A stretch of 64,000 nucleotides of DNA from positions 59,644,001-59,708,000 of the forward strand of contig OZ296656.1 of NCBI GenBank assembly GCA_965655095.1. The letters run 5' to 3'. The DNA comes from Haplodiscus bocki. Its lineage: Eukaryota. A program made the translations under genes and the position numbers. The notes under the pieces are model-generated. The model worked only from the letters and a program-made list of their open reading frames with translations. It did not search any database and was not told the DNA's origin. Shown piece by piece: positions 38,226 to 50,999 of this stretch (position 1 is the first letter of the stretch; each line of letters opens with the position of its first letter).

Positions 38226-39928
38226 TGTTTTCTCACGTTTCATTCCAAAATACAATGTTTTGCAAAGATCAAAATATCAATGGGCATTTTGGCACGCGGG
38301 CCATTCTTGCCTTGTTAGTTCATTGTTGATACTGTTGTGTAATTACCTGCCACCATAAATGTAAATGTCTATTGGCTGTTCAATTTCAGTATATGGTTGA
38401 TTTAAACTAAAGTACGTGACTTCTCTTATAGATGACATCACTAGACGTTCGACGCCATAGAGATCCCCTACGACGCTAGCGCTGTTTCAATAGCAACAAT
38501 AAACCGAATTGAAATTCGTAAAAGTCACAATTTTTTAATTGCCCAGTTAGTAAATTCTTAATTTACTCGTTCCCCAGATGGCTGGAGGAAAATCCATTGG
38601 ACTAAAAAGTATTGAATACTACTTTATTCTGATTTAGAATAATGTAAGAGCGCTGATTTTCTAAAATGAGCCATTGTATATTTCTTACCCGGTGCTATTA
38701 TAATTTATTTAGGTTTGAACTTCAAATCTGAGCTCTTTCTCATTTTTTATTGCATTCTTCATTACGGAGAAGCTGTGGTCTTCATGAAAAATAGATAAAA
38801 ATATTTCCTTAGGACTACTAACTTTTACTAACATGGAAGTCATGTTTTTTTTCACTCCTGCAACAACTTCGAAAACTTTTGGATTTCGTTTCAACCTGCA
38901 TGAATCTGTTTTCAGACTCTCAAGGTAAACGAAAAGTGGAATTCAAAAAACGTGCGATGCAATGTTCCAATCGTTCACCTCCTTCGGATTTTTCGGTTAA
39001 TTCCCCCTTACTCCCCCACTGATTTTAACGCTCCTCCCCCTTCCCCACAACACCATCATGGATTTGCGAAATTGCAAGCGGTGTCATGTGTTTCATGAGC
39101 CACTGAATTTCAACCAATCAGAGAAGAGCTCGCCCTTCCGCATGGGGGCAGTTGAAGTCTCGTTATTACTGGTGGGTTAAAAGGAAAAATCCCCTCCTTG
39201 AGGGAAAGTTCTTTTTGGTGTAGAACAAAGGGGGAAAATTGTACTCTTTCTTCAGATGTTTCGGAAAAAATGAAAACCGTTTTTCTCAGATGTCTCAGGG
39301 CGAGCGCCCAATAAACATATACTTCATTCAACTCTACAGAGTTGACAGTCTTTACCAATATAGTCACCATAACGAGCCAGAGCCAGGTTTTCAGCCAAGT
39401 GGCTGAGACATGGTCGACTAGCATCTGTCACTTGCCACACGTCACAATGGTCAAACAAACCGCTTTTAACTTGTTACCGCCGATTAAGTCAATCAAAAGC
39501 CAACGCCTGCATGTTGCACATTTCAATATAGGATTTTTATGCATTTTCAGGATCCTAGGCCTGTGAAATTAATCGCTGCCCAAAATATGCGTGTTTTTAC
39601 CACTACAAAAAACATTTTTCAGAAAATTACCTATTTTTGCTAATTTTGAGGAAACATCAATTAACTTCCTCAACATCGATGATGTTCTAATGCGTGTATA
39701 CAACAAAAATATATAGTTTCAGCACAATTTGGCTTTTTCGACGTCAAAAATTGGCCCTCTTAGTGGCGTGCTATTATTGAATTTCAACTTCTCAAAACTC
39801 TTTTCAGAGGTTACTACTAAATAATTTCAATTAAATAGCTCCAAATTTTTGCGTCAATTCTGGCACTATTTGATCTTTTCCGCCATTCGTGGCACCTTAC
39901 CGCAACGCCGTGTTGTATTTTATTAACT

Positions 39929-40189
39929 CAGTATTTTGAAAGAGGTTTTTCCAAAACTACAACTAAATTTAGAATTATCCTGTTGATACGGACTAAGGCT
40001 TTTTCTGGAAGTTATGGTCGAGCAAATTTCGACTAACATCAAGCAATGTATAAAGTACTATTGATAGTGTATCCCACGGCAACTAAATGTAATGTTTTAC
40101 GCCTGGAATCTTTGGCCGTGTTTCAATTGGCTAGCTGTTTGCTAATATCAGTATTGCGGTTAAGGTCAAAAGATAGACAATGTCTATCA
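39929..40189. repeat. Repeat family D copy 1, ending in a palindrome
   Basis: Direct repeat of 44601-44859 (GTTGATACGGACTAAGGCTTTT..AAGCAATGTATAAA..GGTCAAAAGATAGACAATGTCTAT). Confidence 0.85.
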
Positions 40190-40579
40190 CATCTCTTTCT
40201 CCATTCTTTTTAATCCTCACCAATGATATCGTTTCAGTGTTGCCACAGTACATCTGCGAATCTTGCGGGCCGTTCATTTTTTCGAGAAGATTCTTCCCCT
40301 CTCAAGAGGGAAAAAAACTAAAACACTTAAAAACCTGAAACACTTTTTTTTCTATTTTTTACACTGATGTATATATACGTACACTCATCTATGTATCACT
40401 TTCCTAAAATACTGGTCCAGATTGGGAGGGAACGGTTATGGAGAAAACTAGTATTCACCTAATTTTTTGTTGTTAAAGTTTTTACATTTGTAATATTTCA
40501 TTTATTTGTTATAAAAATCCAACTTTAGGGAATTCTAAAATGATCATGATGATAATTTGATATCAACACCTATTTCAAT

Positions 40580-41220
40580 TAGCTGAGCTAAAGTGACTAA
40601 AAAATAGCCTTAATGAATCAGAGGATGATTGTTTGTTCCGCATGTGTCTTGTCAGTACTAATAAAGTGACGTGACTTGTTCGTTATTCAGTCTATTAAAT
40701 TAGCCAAGTAATCACAGGAGAGATAACGGACTAATGTCCTCTGCCCTAGTCTACTAACAGTCTGGTCTGCTACTGGAAAGCTACAAATTGAACAGAAAAA
40801 CTTTCGGGAACGCCTCTACTAGTACTAGGTTCAAATGAGTAACAATTAACAACGTTCCCATCCTCAGTTCTTTTTTGGCATCTCCATATAAAGTCTTTTT
40901 TGTTTCATACTTGCCTTTTTTCATAAATTTATTGAATTTTTCCCCAATATGGATAATTGTAATATAATTAACTTCATGAGTTGATGCTACATCGGTGAAG
41001 GAATTATCACTTTGATGTCCATTCCTGACGGATTAAGTCTGTCCGTTTTCTGTCCACAAATGGAACCGATGCAACTCATGAAAAAGAAATGGATACAAAT
41101 ATGATTAGATCCCGCCTGAGTTGGCAAATTGTGTTTCATAGTCAGAAATCCTAGAATTTTCCTTTTCCATAGTCGGTGTTTACTTTTACTTGAAAGCCCT
41201 AGCTTATGTAGTGACCTTCT
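40580..41220 (+). repeat. Older diverged fragment related to the central part of LTR family C
   Basis: TGTTCCGCATGTGT..GTGACGT and CACTTTGATGTCCATT..GACGGAT match 23340-23400 and 23785-23810. Confidence 0.6.
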
Positions 41221-41849
41221 TTTCCTAAAGTGAGATAGGTCATATCGCAAAAATCCCATTCGGAAAAATGGCAACTTTGACATTTTTACAATTTGTTTGG
41301 TCCAATGGCTAAAACTAAAGGGCTGGAGGGGTCTGACGCCACAGTTCGTTGGTTCAAACCCTTTTTTTCTTCAGAAACAACTGTTTGACATTTCATAACA
41401 GAAAATGGTGAAAATTCGATCTAGTTCCTGAAAAAACCTTTGGTCCGAAATTTTATCGTGATAATCAACTTAAAAGTTTGAACAGTTCGACAGGTACCAG
41501 GCTGAAATCCTAGCGTAAATTTTGTTTTGCCACATAATATACTGACCTTTTCTTACACCTTTCTTTTAAAAAACTAGAAAAAAAATTATCTGTTTCCAAA
41601 GGTTTTTGAGAGATCGTTCGAAAATCTTTCGTGACGCCCCCTCTTAAAATCTACTGAGTCCATAAAAAGTGCGTTGGAAACCCTGAAAAAAACTTGTATG
41701 TTGACATTTTTCCTACTGACTTTCTTCACCGGACAGTATACAAAAAATCTGTTTTTTTTTCCGAAAAAACTCTACCTCCGTTGAAAAGTTTTCCACGATA
41801 CCCACTCTCTATTTAGAAACTACTGGATGACTAGTAACGGGTTCATGGT

Positions 41850-43900
41850 CTTCGTATATTTTTTGTCAGAGAATACACCAAATTACAATTTCTTTCCAAA
41901 CATCAAAGTGAATTCCGTCCAAACAGTATTTTGCATCATACTGGCGACACCGATTCTGTCCATTCTCGGCTTGTTCACCTTAACCTGTCGCGTATACAAA
42001 TCTGATTAGGGCAAAGAAAAGAATTGACAAACTGAAGAAGGGCATTTCGGCTACCAGAGTTTGTTGAGTTTTTTAAAATATCAATACTTGGCGCGCATTT
42101 CATTATTTGTTTTCTCAGTTTTTTCCAGAGAGACGCGAGGTATCTATTGTCTACTGTTTTTTTCCGAGTACAGCTTTCAGTTAAACTGGGTTTTGCTGAT
42201 TTGTTCTGCATGAAACAACTTTTATATCGCATTGCCATGCGAGAGTTAAACATTTGAAAATTCGTTCCAATTTTGCTTGGAAAAAGTGGTTTTTTTCAAC
42301 TAGTCGGTACAAAGATTTCTTGATTGTGTAATACCTTTTCAATTTTCCTCTCACGAAGACAATTGCGCCAGAGTCGTTTGTTTCATCAACTAAGCCCAAA
42401 TATCCGTATTTTCTGCGTGTTCGAAGTCAATTTTGAAGTCCATTTACTTTTATTTTCGCTCTTTCAGTGAAGATTGGCTCAGTATTTCTCCCACATGTCT
42501 TTTTTTAAGGCACTGTCACGTCCTTTTTATAGATCCAGAGTAGTTTCCATCGTTTTATTTTCTGTACAGTTATAGAAACAAATGATACAATTGCGTTTTC
42601 TTTTTTTTCAACTTTCTTTTTTTCATTTTTGCTGTGAACTTTGTATTTCAATCACTACTACTTCCTGCCGGTGAAATAATATCACTTGTGTTTTTCATTT
42701 GAGCAGTTGCTTTTTTCGGTTTAGCGTTCATTTAACAATGACACTTATAGCTGATTCAACATCGTTGAGTTATAAGTGGTAGTTAAAATGTAGCTGTTGC
42801 TCCAATTCATTTACTGATTGTTGGTTTTCTTCGACTGCGGCAATATGTTTGGATCATAGTTCAAGGTCCAGAGCATTGAACCAATTCAAATCATCGGCTC
42901 AGGTGAATTCATGACAACTTGAAATCATTACCGGTATTTTTTTCTTTCAAGCTCACATTTCAACAGTTAATAATGTCTTCCTTTTCATGTTTAATTCGTT
43001 TTAATTAGTGAATAATTTTGTCAGTGGTGAAAAATTCAGTGTTTTTAATTGTTTTTTCTTCGATTCTGTAATCGGCCTTCCTGTAGTTTTTGCCAGTCTA
43101 GTTTTTCTTTTGGTTTCGTGTTGGATTTTTTTGTGAAATTTAGTTGTTTTGTTGTAAGAATGATTTTTATAAAGATTGGTTCATTTTAATTTCCTCCTTT
43201 TTCTTCTGTTTGGTTCTCTTGGCTGATTTATCTCACATGTTTGTCCTCGCAAGTCGTTTTTCCACGGTATTGCTAATTCATTGCTTTGCGGGTAGTTTTT
43301 CTCCAGTTTTCAATATCAGGTTCCACCCAATTGGAATTATTTTGTTCATTGGTTTGTTTTCCCGTTATCATTTTCCATTCTTTTTCTTGTATTTTGTTTT
43401 GCAAACTGCATTTTTGATGTGAACAGTTCTCCGTGTTTTCTTCATACGTGCGTTGTTTTATCTGGTCCTTGACCAATTTTACCGTTAATTTTTTTTCATC
43501 CATTTGTCAATTTTTGCGAAGTTTTGCATCGGTAATTGATATAACGAAATTTCACATTATGAACCTTGCGGGTGTTTTTTCTCTAAACTTGGAATCTGTT
43601 TTCAATCTGCACAGTCACTTCTAGTATTTTTTTTGTGTTTCGCTTGGTTGCTGTTTCACCGGAGAAAAATCTGCGTGGCTTTGGTAGATGTAGAATGCTG
43701 GAGTAGAGAGTTTTATTAAACCTGTAATTAACCGTTTCAAAAAGGTTCTTTACCTTTTCCTAATTTCTGTTGTCGTCTTTTCTTGTAATGCAGTTGGACC
43801 CAGAACCCATAGATAAGCTTTTAATGTTTAAGTTTCGTTACGGTTTCTTTTTTGTTCGTTTTTCCCGTACTCTACTTAATCGGAAACAGCAGGTGATTAG
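41850..43900 (-). pseudogene. Decayed LINE ORF1-like protein with C-terminal SGNH/GDSL esterase domain
   Basis: Minus strand IGTNF (~42260, cf. GxND) and CLDGIHF (41908-41919, DxxH block), preceded by K/E/N-rich coiled-coil-like sequence. Confidence 0.45.
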
Positions 43901-44600
43901 GAGTTTTGATCGATAAAAATGCATCCATAGAATTTAAGAAAATGCCATTACTTCCGAAATGAATTGATAGGAGACAAATGTTTCGTGAATACATAAAACC
44001 AATATTCGGATGCTTTTCAAAAATTTGGTTCTGATTTTCTTCCTTTTTCATTTCAACCATTGTCACTGGATTTTGAAATTCAACTGTGAAACATTTTTAT
44101 CATAATTTCAGAGTTTCATGTCTCCTTCAGTTTTTGAGCTTTGAGTTCAATCTTCAGATTGAGGATATTTGTTGCCCAAATTGAACGTTACTGAGTGAGC
44201 TTTTCCTCTATTGAAAATCAAAATCCTGTGAAAAGGATATATACTGAGGATGCAATAAATTAGGAAGGTACAAAAAAATTTGAAAAGTAAGGACATCCTT
44301 ACATTCCTTATAAGATTCATGAAATTTGGTTTGTAATTTCCTTTCTTATTGAACTTTTTACGGAATTAAGGACGTTTTCTTGGTTTTTTTGCGGGCATCT
44401 CAGTGGATCCAAACTTTGGATCACGTATTTTATCTATTTCGTATACTCTTTCGGTAAATTGTCGAAACTTCTTTAGGAATGTCTTCGGTTCGAGCATTTT
44501 TTCCGTCGTGTCGGACCGATTCAATGTACATCGGGACTTCATCGTTTTCTGTCATTTTCTTTACTGTCGATCGGCTGACAGTGCCCTGTTTTATTTCGAT

Positions 44601-44859
44601 CAGTAGTTTAAAAGAGATTTTTCCCGAAAGAAAACTAAATTAGAATTACCCGGTTGATACGGACTAAGGCTTTTCCTGAACGTTATGATAGAACAAATTT
44701 AGACTAATATAAAGCAATGTATAAAACACTAATGATAGTTTATAGGGCAGTAACTAAATGCCATGTTTTTGGTGGAATATTTTGCTGTACTTCAATTGGC
44801 GGGTTGTTTGTGAATATCAGTTTTAACTGGGTAGGTCAAAAGATAGACAATGTCTATTA
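44601..44859. repeat. Repeat family D copy 2
   Basis: Direct repeat of 39929-40189. Confidence 0.85.
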
Positions 44860-46098
44860 TCCTTTACCGAAAACACTTTTTGCATAGTGTATGAAAAAAT
44901 ACCAATTGAAGGATATTTCATCTGCGTTTATTCAACTGACCGATGACGCTAAGTTGTAACCTACGTCGGGACTTTGGCCTTTGCTGTATTGACACCCCCT
45001 ACTGATAGTCATGGTGTCCCCGGTTCTTTTGAATTGATTTGAACATCAATTACGTCATAAGTCACACTTTCTGAAGGCATACTGCTGACGGTGACTACCC
45101 ATTGCGTTGAAAAAAAGTCGATTCCCACAGCGTCGAAAAATTGCAGACTATTCAAAATTTCGAAAATTGACCAATAGACCATTGACTGCTCCGAAGATTT
45201 CGACGCTTTGAACAGTCTACAATTTTTCGACGGTGTGAGTTTTTCGACACGCTGGAAATTCACCACTGTTGATGTCAGCTAAAATTGTGACACAAATACA
45301 TGGTTTCAACTTCGAAAAAAAACTTTAAATTGGTTGGTATTGGAGGCTTTAGCTATCGGTAGAGGGTAGAGAGGTCATTCCAAAGTACAAATTAAAACTC
45401 GAATAAATTTTATAGATGGAAATGATCTTTTGGCGTTATTGGAAAGGAACAGGAAACGGATTTTAAACATCATATTCAAATTACAAATGTGGTTCTTTTT
45501 AAATTGTAAAATTTTGATTGATCGATAAAGCTATCGTTATACATTTTTATTTGGATAGCGTTTTATTATTGATTAAAAAACTATGGTTTTGGTCAGAGTT
45601 TTTAAATCAATCTCTTTTTATTCTTGATTGAATTGACAGAAGCGGACAAACAGCTCTGAAAAACGATATGGGCATTGCATGATTGAACTAGTTGTTATTT
45701 TCCATCGGAAATTTTTTTGAGAGGAAAATATTGAATTGAGTAGATGGAATTTTTTTTTCCGAAACTGCCTATGACGCGTTTACTACGGGTCGCAGAATCG
45801 TTAATTGCTTGTGTAAAATACAAAATTGTGGGGTGCCACCGAGGTAACGTAGCCCACAAGTAGCGAGTTCGAATTCCTCTGCAGCCATTTCTTTCACTTA
45901 TTTTCAGACACTTTCATCCAACCTTCCAATTTTTTCTAATTTCTTTGAAAAGCAGAAAAACATTAATTTTTCGACTTTCTCTCCTGTTTTCTACGTAACC
46001 AAAATAACTCGTTGTTGTTCAAAAAGATATGATATTTTTTTCTCAAAACAGTGGTTTAGTCAAAAAAGCCAAACAGTGTAAACTTTTCAAAATCATTT

Positions 46099-46585
46099 AC
46101 AAGACGGCAGGCTACCACCAGTATATTTTGCGCCTTCCCACTTTGGTAAAGATGCTTTTTCACAAAATGAAAGCCTTTTTTATTCAAAACACTCTGTTTC
46201 TTTACCATAATTTTTAATTTTTTTCAGCTTTGACATCTTTCTGATTTTCAGCCAACAAAATTTCACAATAATGGGATTTTATTAAGAAAAACACCATTTG
46301 ATACTCATTCTCCAAAAAATTTGATACACGTGCAACGGTTTTTTTTTGAAAAAAAACCTTCTATTTTTCCGAAACAACCCAAATTTTCAACTTTTTGAGA
46401 AATCTTACTTTAAATGTCGCATTTCGCGACAAAAAATTTGCCAAAATTCGATTACAAAAAATCACGTTCAGAAACGTGAACGAACATCGTTTAACATACA
46501 TGAAGGCAATTGGCAAACGTCAGGTTAAAAAACACTCATTTGATTGGACAATTTTGCTCCCATTTTCAAAAAATGGCGAAAAGTA
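46099..46585 (-). mobile_element. Family B Helentron/DINE-like copy
   Basis: ACAAGACGGCAGGCTACCACCAG-TATATTTTGCGCC through ATGGCGAAAAGTAA; shows the subterminal inverted repeat TATTTTGCGCC. Confidence 0.7.
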
Positions 46586-46649
46586 AGAAAAGGTAATAAT
46601 TGAACATTTTTGAGTAGTTTTTTATCAGTTTTTTGTCTTTGCTTCTGCT

Positions 46650-47600
46650 GAACGAAAAACGATACAATTACTCATAAATGTTTTTGTGGGAGCATTTCAA
46701 TCTATGATCCTCATATTGACGGATAACCAAAAATTTCAAAAGTAGTAATTTTCCTTATTGTTAAACTCAATTTTCTCCAAAACTACATGGTTGCTTTCTT
46801 TCATCAAGGTCTCAATATACCGCTTTCGATTTGAGGCGAACTTTTTATTTTGGAAAGTCACCGATTTTCTTTCCTGCGTCGGAGTCTTGATAGTCCGAAA
46901 CTTGCAAAAAAATTGCTTTCACTTCTGACATACGTTCATCCAAAAGTAGTAGTTTGACTTTTTCCATCGAGGGCTGGGTCAACGTTTTCCTGCCAAAGAA
47001 GGACTACACAATAAAAAAATCATAGATCCTGAACCTCGCATTGAAATCTTAATGGTCTAAAAATGCCGAGTACTCTAAGTGTTGATTTATCTGGATGTTT
47101 AGTTTCATTTTTCTACATAAGTTTTGGCTTGATTTATTCCCTCAAGGTGTTATAGAAAAGCATCTCCAGAAGGTTGTTTGTGATGGAAAAGTTTGAATTT
47201 TTCCAATGCATCATAATCTTGATAAAGCAAAAATGCCGAACATTTTAAATAGTATTGTTTTTTGTCATTATCCAAACTCATAATTTTCGGACTTTACAGA
47301 CTTGAATTCTTCCAACAGGGTCGAAATCGACAACTTCATTTTTCAGTCAAAACTTTTGTGGAGAACATTCGTTGTATGTTCCATCAATCAATTCGGTGCT
47401 CCTTGACGGAAAATATCGCACTGCAACTGCGCCTCTTGTTTAGTTTCGTCTTAATTTTTATACTTTTAAAAAACATATGCTGCTACAATTTTCAATTCTA
47501 GTCCATAGTGCAGTCTACAATAATTTGTGATCTACGAGCAAAAACGGTTTTCTCGTTCCAGAGCACTGAAAACTCAATATCAAACTTTATCAGCCGAGAG
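46650..47600 (-). pseudogene. Possible decayed hAT-type transposase fragment
   Basis: Minus strand DETKQEAQL..VRYF (~47405-47452); remaining motifs are weak. Confidence 0.3.
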
Positions 47601-48251
47601 CTTTTATAATGAAAAAAATCCCGTGAATTTTTGGAATGTAGGCCGCATAAAAATACAGAAAGTGAATGGTAGACTGCTTACAATAACAGAAAGTGAAATG
47701 TAGGCCGCAAATTAGATTGGCACCCATTCTTTGTTAGCGCATGACTCGGTGCCTCATAATGTCCGTTAACGTTGAAATGAAAAAGTAGTTCATATCTAAA
47801 CTCAATAAAAATCCAAGTTTTTCACTCATATACAAACATCATCGAGAGTCGAATGATCACAGATTGAGCCTACCGTGATTCATTTACTGAAGTCGAGCAG
47901 AAGGTGGCAAGCTATAGTTTGGAAAAGTATCACTACCGTTGAAGGAATCATTAGAAAACAAGCCGATAGCGGCCCAAGTTGTCACGCACGTAAGGCTCAA
48001 ATTATATACATAGGTCGGAAGCCTTTGAAGTTTGAAAAGTTTTGAATTTCGGAAAAAGTGATCAATCATTCAGTTATTTTAAGTACCAATTGTTTTACCA
48101 AAGGTTTTTCCATAGTATTATGTACTTCCTAAGAAAATTAGAGGTTGAAGAAAAGTGTTTTTTTTTCAGAATTTTAGTCTCTTGAAAGGGAATACAGAGA
48201 AAATTTTTGGCATGTAAATCATCAGAAAACGGTTGAAGCATACAAGAGAGT

Positions 48252-49975
48252 TGTCAGAGGTCTCTTCAGGGTCTGAATCAGTCAAGTTAGTGGTACGACA
48301 GGCAGAGAATTCCACTTTGGGATATGGATCATTCAAGGAAAAATCCCCAGTGGGTTCCCGGTTTTTTGAGTCGTTGTTCCGGGATTTTCCCGGAACGGCC
48401 ACGGAGCAGAGCAAGTCAGATTTTGCGGGCTCAGAAGAAATTCGTCGAGTTTAGACAAAGCACCCAGAATACGTGACTCCACTGACTAAGTTCCTGGGAC
48501 AGTTTCTTAGTTACCCTCCCTTCGATTTCTTCAGAAACTTGGGTGATGTATTCTTCAGTCATCCCCGGAGTAATTGTGTTTTGTTCCTGGCTGTTCCTTG
48601 TATTCTCGTGTTCCTCTCGAAAGAGCCGCTGAGTTTCGCTTATTTCTCAATGTTGCCATAGTTCTCAGAGAACGAAAAGCTCAACAACTATGATGACTAA
48701 GTTAATTTTTTTTCTTTAAATGACTTGCGGAGTTTCACAACGCTATTATAACTCTCTTCCTCGAGAAGGAAATTTTTTCATAAACAGTAATAGTCAAAAA
48801 AAGGTGCAAAGCGACAAATATTTTTTCCACTGCACCAAAGTTGTAATTCGTATAATCATATTAGTACTTTCGTTTCTCCTATTTATGCCTCTTCCCTGGC
48901 AGGAAACATAAATGTTTACACGCCGAGTCAAGGTACAAGAAAGGTAAACTACTCTAATCAAATCAATTACAAAAGAAAAGATCTCGACCTTGACGGGAAA
49001 AAAACACCCTTCCATCCGTTTCTCCTTTCATAGGCTGCACCATTTCCATCTTTCGACGAAAAAAGTGCGGATCTAATGCCTGAAAAATGGACATCAAAGT
49101 GCTTATTCCCGCTACGACACATTAAATAATAGTATAAACAAAAAATACTGGATTTTCGTTAAAAGGAAAAAATTATAAAATTCCTCTATTTTTATTGAAT
49201 TAAAAAAAACATAAAATAATGCAGAACTCATGATTACATGCCTGAAGTGTTAATGCATCGATTAAATGCACTTTTGGGAACAAACTTGCTTTGTTCCTAA
49301 TCCGATCCTCATTTCTAACAACGGATTCCTCATTTTGGCCAAAGCATTCCGGATCGACTACGTAATCGCCTGTAGCACTGCTCGTCGCAGTGCTACCGCG
49401 AAGAAGATGGCGGATGGCTGCATAATTGCTCCATGTTTGGCCAAAAACACACAACATGGTAGCAGAGTGGATTGGATAAAATTCTGGTGACGGCACCAGA
49501 TTGGTAGCAACGGATCACGTATAAAACAAATATTCACTTTTAAAGTCACGCTCTGAATTATAGTCAAATGACTTACAGCAAGTCTATTGGCGTTGGCAAT
49601 CATGATAAATTACTGCCCAAATTGTCGGAAAGGTAGAATTATATTATAAAAAAATAAATGTAAATGCAGCACCTTTTAGAAATATAAGTATTCGGCAGGG
49701 AAAATAAATGAATATCCGTTTTTTCCGTAGTAGTTTCGTCCGAATCTGGATCAGTATACTAGAAGTATACGTATAGGATACGTGTCATTTACATGTCGTT
49801 AACTATATGGAGTAATACGTAAATGTTACGTTTTGGTTACATGAAATTGAAATTACTAAAATATGTATGTAAAGTTTTCAGTAATTAGCGAGTTTTCAGT
49901 CTCTTGTCGACGGGCCAGGAATGTTCATCGCTGTAGAGATCATCTACCCGCAAGCTTCGCAGACATGCTGTGACA
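48252..49975 (-). mobile_element. Solo LTR (1724 bp), family C copy 2
   Basis: Minus strand begins TGTCACAGCATGTCTGCGAAG and ends ACCTCTGACA; flanks AGAGT / AGAGC (4 of 5 TSD match). Confidence 0.85.
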
Positions 49976-50999
49976 AGAGCATCACGAAAGTACCCGATTT
50001 TCCCGTTTTTGGAAAATTTTGGCCCTCTGCACCATGTGGACAAGAAGGGGTATCAAGAAAAAAGGTTTCCTCGAAACTTTTTTGAGTTTGAGTTTTTGAA
50101 TTTTTTTGCTAGATATTGCAGCAATTTAGTTGTCAAATTTTCTTCTTCTTCTTCCTCCATCTTCCTTTTTCCCAAGATAAATCAAATTTTGCACAGTGAT
50201 AAACCATTCCCCAAATGAAGTTTCCTGATGCACTGAAACAATCTCGACTAAAATCGTGGAAGCATTTTCTGATTTTTTAGAAATTTTTGGAAACTACGAT
50301 ACTTTTGCAGTCCAAATGTCACTCTACGATGTTGTCGAGCAGCTTTTCGAAGCATTCGTACAGTGTGCACTATAACTGATTGAACTCAGACAATAAAGCT
50401 AATGAAAAAAAAACAGAAAACAGTTGAAAAAAGAGTCCCTATCGGCGTTGGAAGTTTTCAGTACTACCCACAGTCGAAATTCAAGTTTTCGTTTGTTGAT
50501 TTTTTTTTCATTACTGCGGACGTAATTTCTTCCGTCAACTTGTTGATTGACCGCTCCTAACTTGAGAAGAACTAAGCAAACAAAAAAGATCGGAGTTGTT
50601 ACTTCCGGCGAAAACCTGATAATCCAAAAATTGCAAACCTAGCTATAAAAGCTGAAATGGCTTGATATTCATACTCTTATATCCCCAAAACATTTGGCTT
50701 GACTTTTTTATTCTAGGTTTTTTTCGGAACTTATCGATCCGTTGAACGTTGTTCCAGCTGAAAATGTTTGATATTCTCCCAAACAATGTAATCCTGATAT
50801 GTCAAAAAAGTCCAGAAGTGCACTTAGTGCTACTTTTTTGTCGCCCCTCCAAATCGAAAAACTTTAACTCTACAGAATTGAAGTCTTACATTGGGGTCCA
50901 AATCGATATCTTCTTTTTTTTCAGAAACATCGTAAAAGTAAGTTGTTGTAGGTGTGATCAATCATTTCATTGCCCTTTTGACGGGAAACGTCGCCCCTT

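Noticed and set aside
44406-44422. Palindrome GATCCAAA-C-TTTGGATC (also TGGAAGACCC/GGGTCTTCCA at 30496-30579)
   Set aside because: Isolated short inverted repeats are expected by chance in 64 kb and have no second copy or context.
49976-50450. LINE ORF1 fragment as target of the second solo LTR
   Set aside because: Only one weak motif (VRDCF-like) supports it, too little to claim an insertion preference for LINEs.
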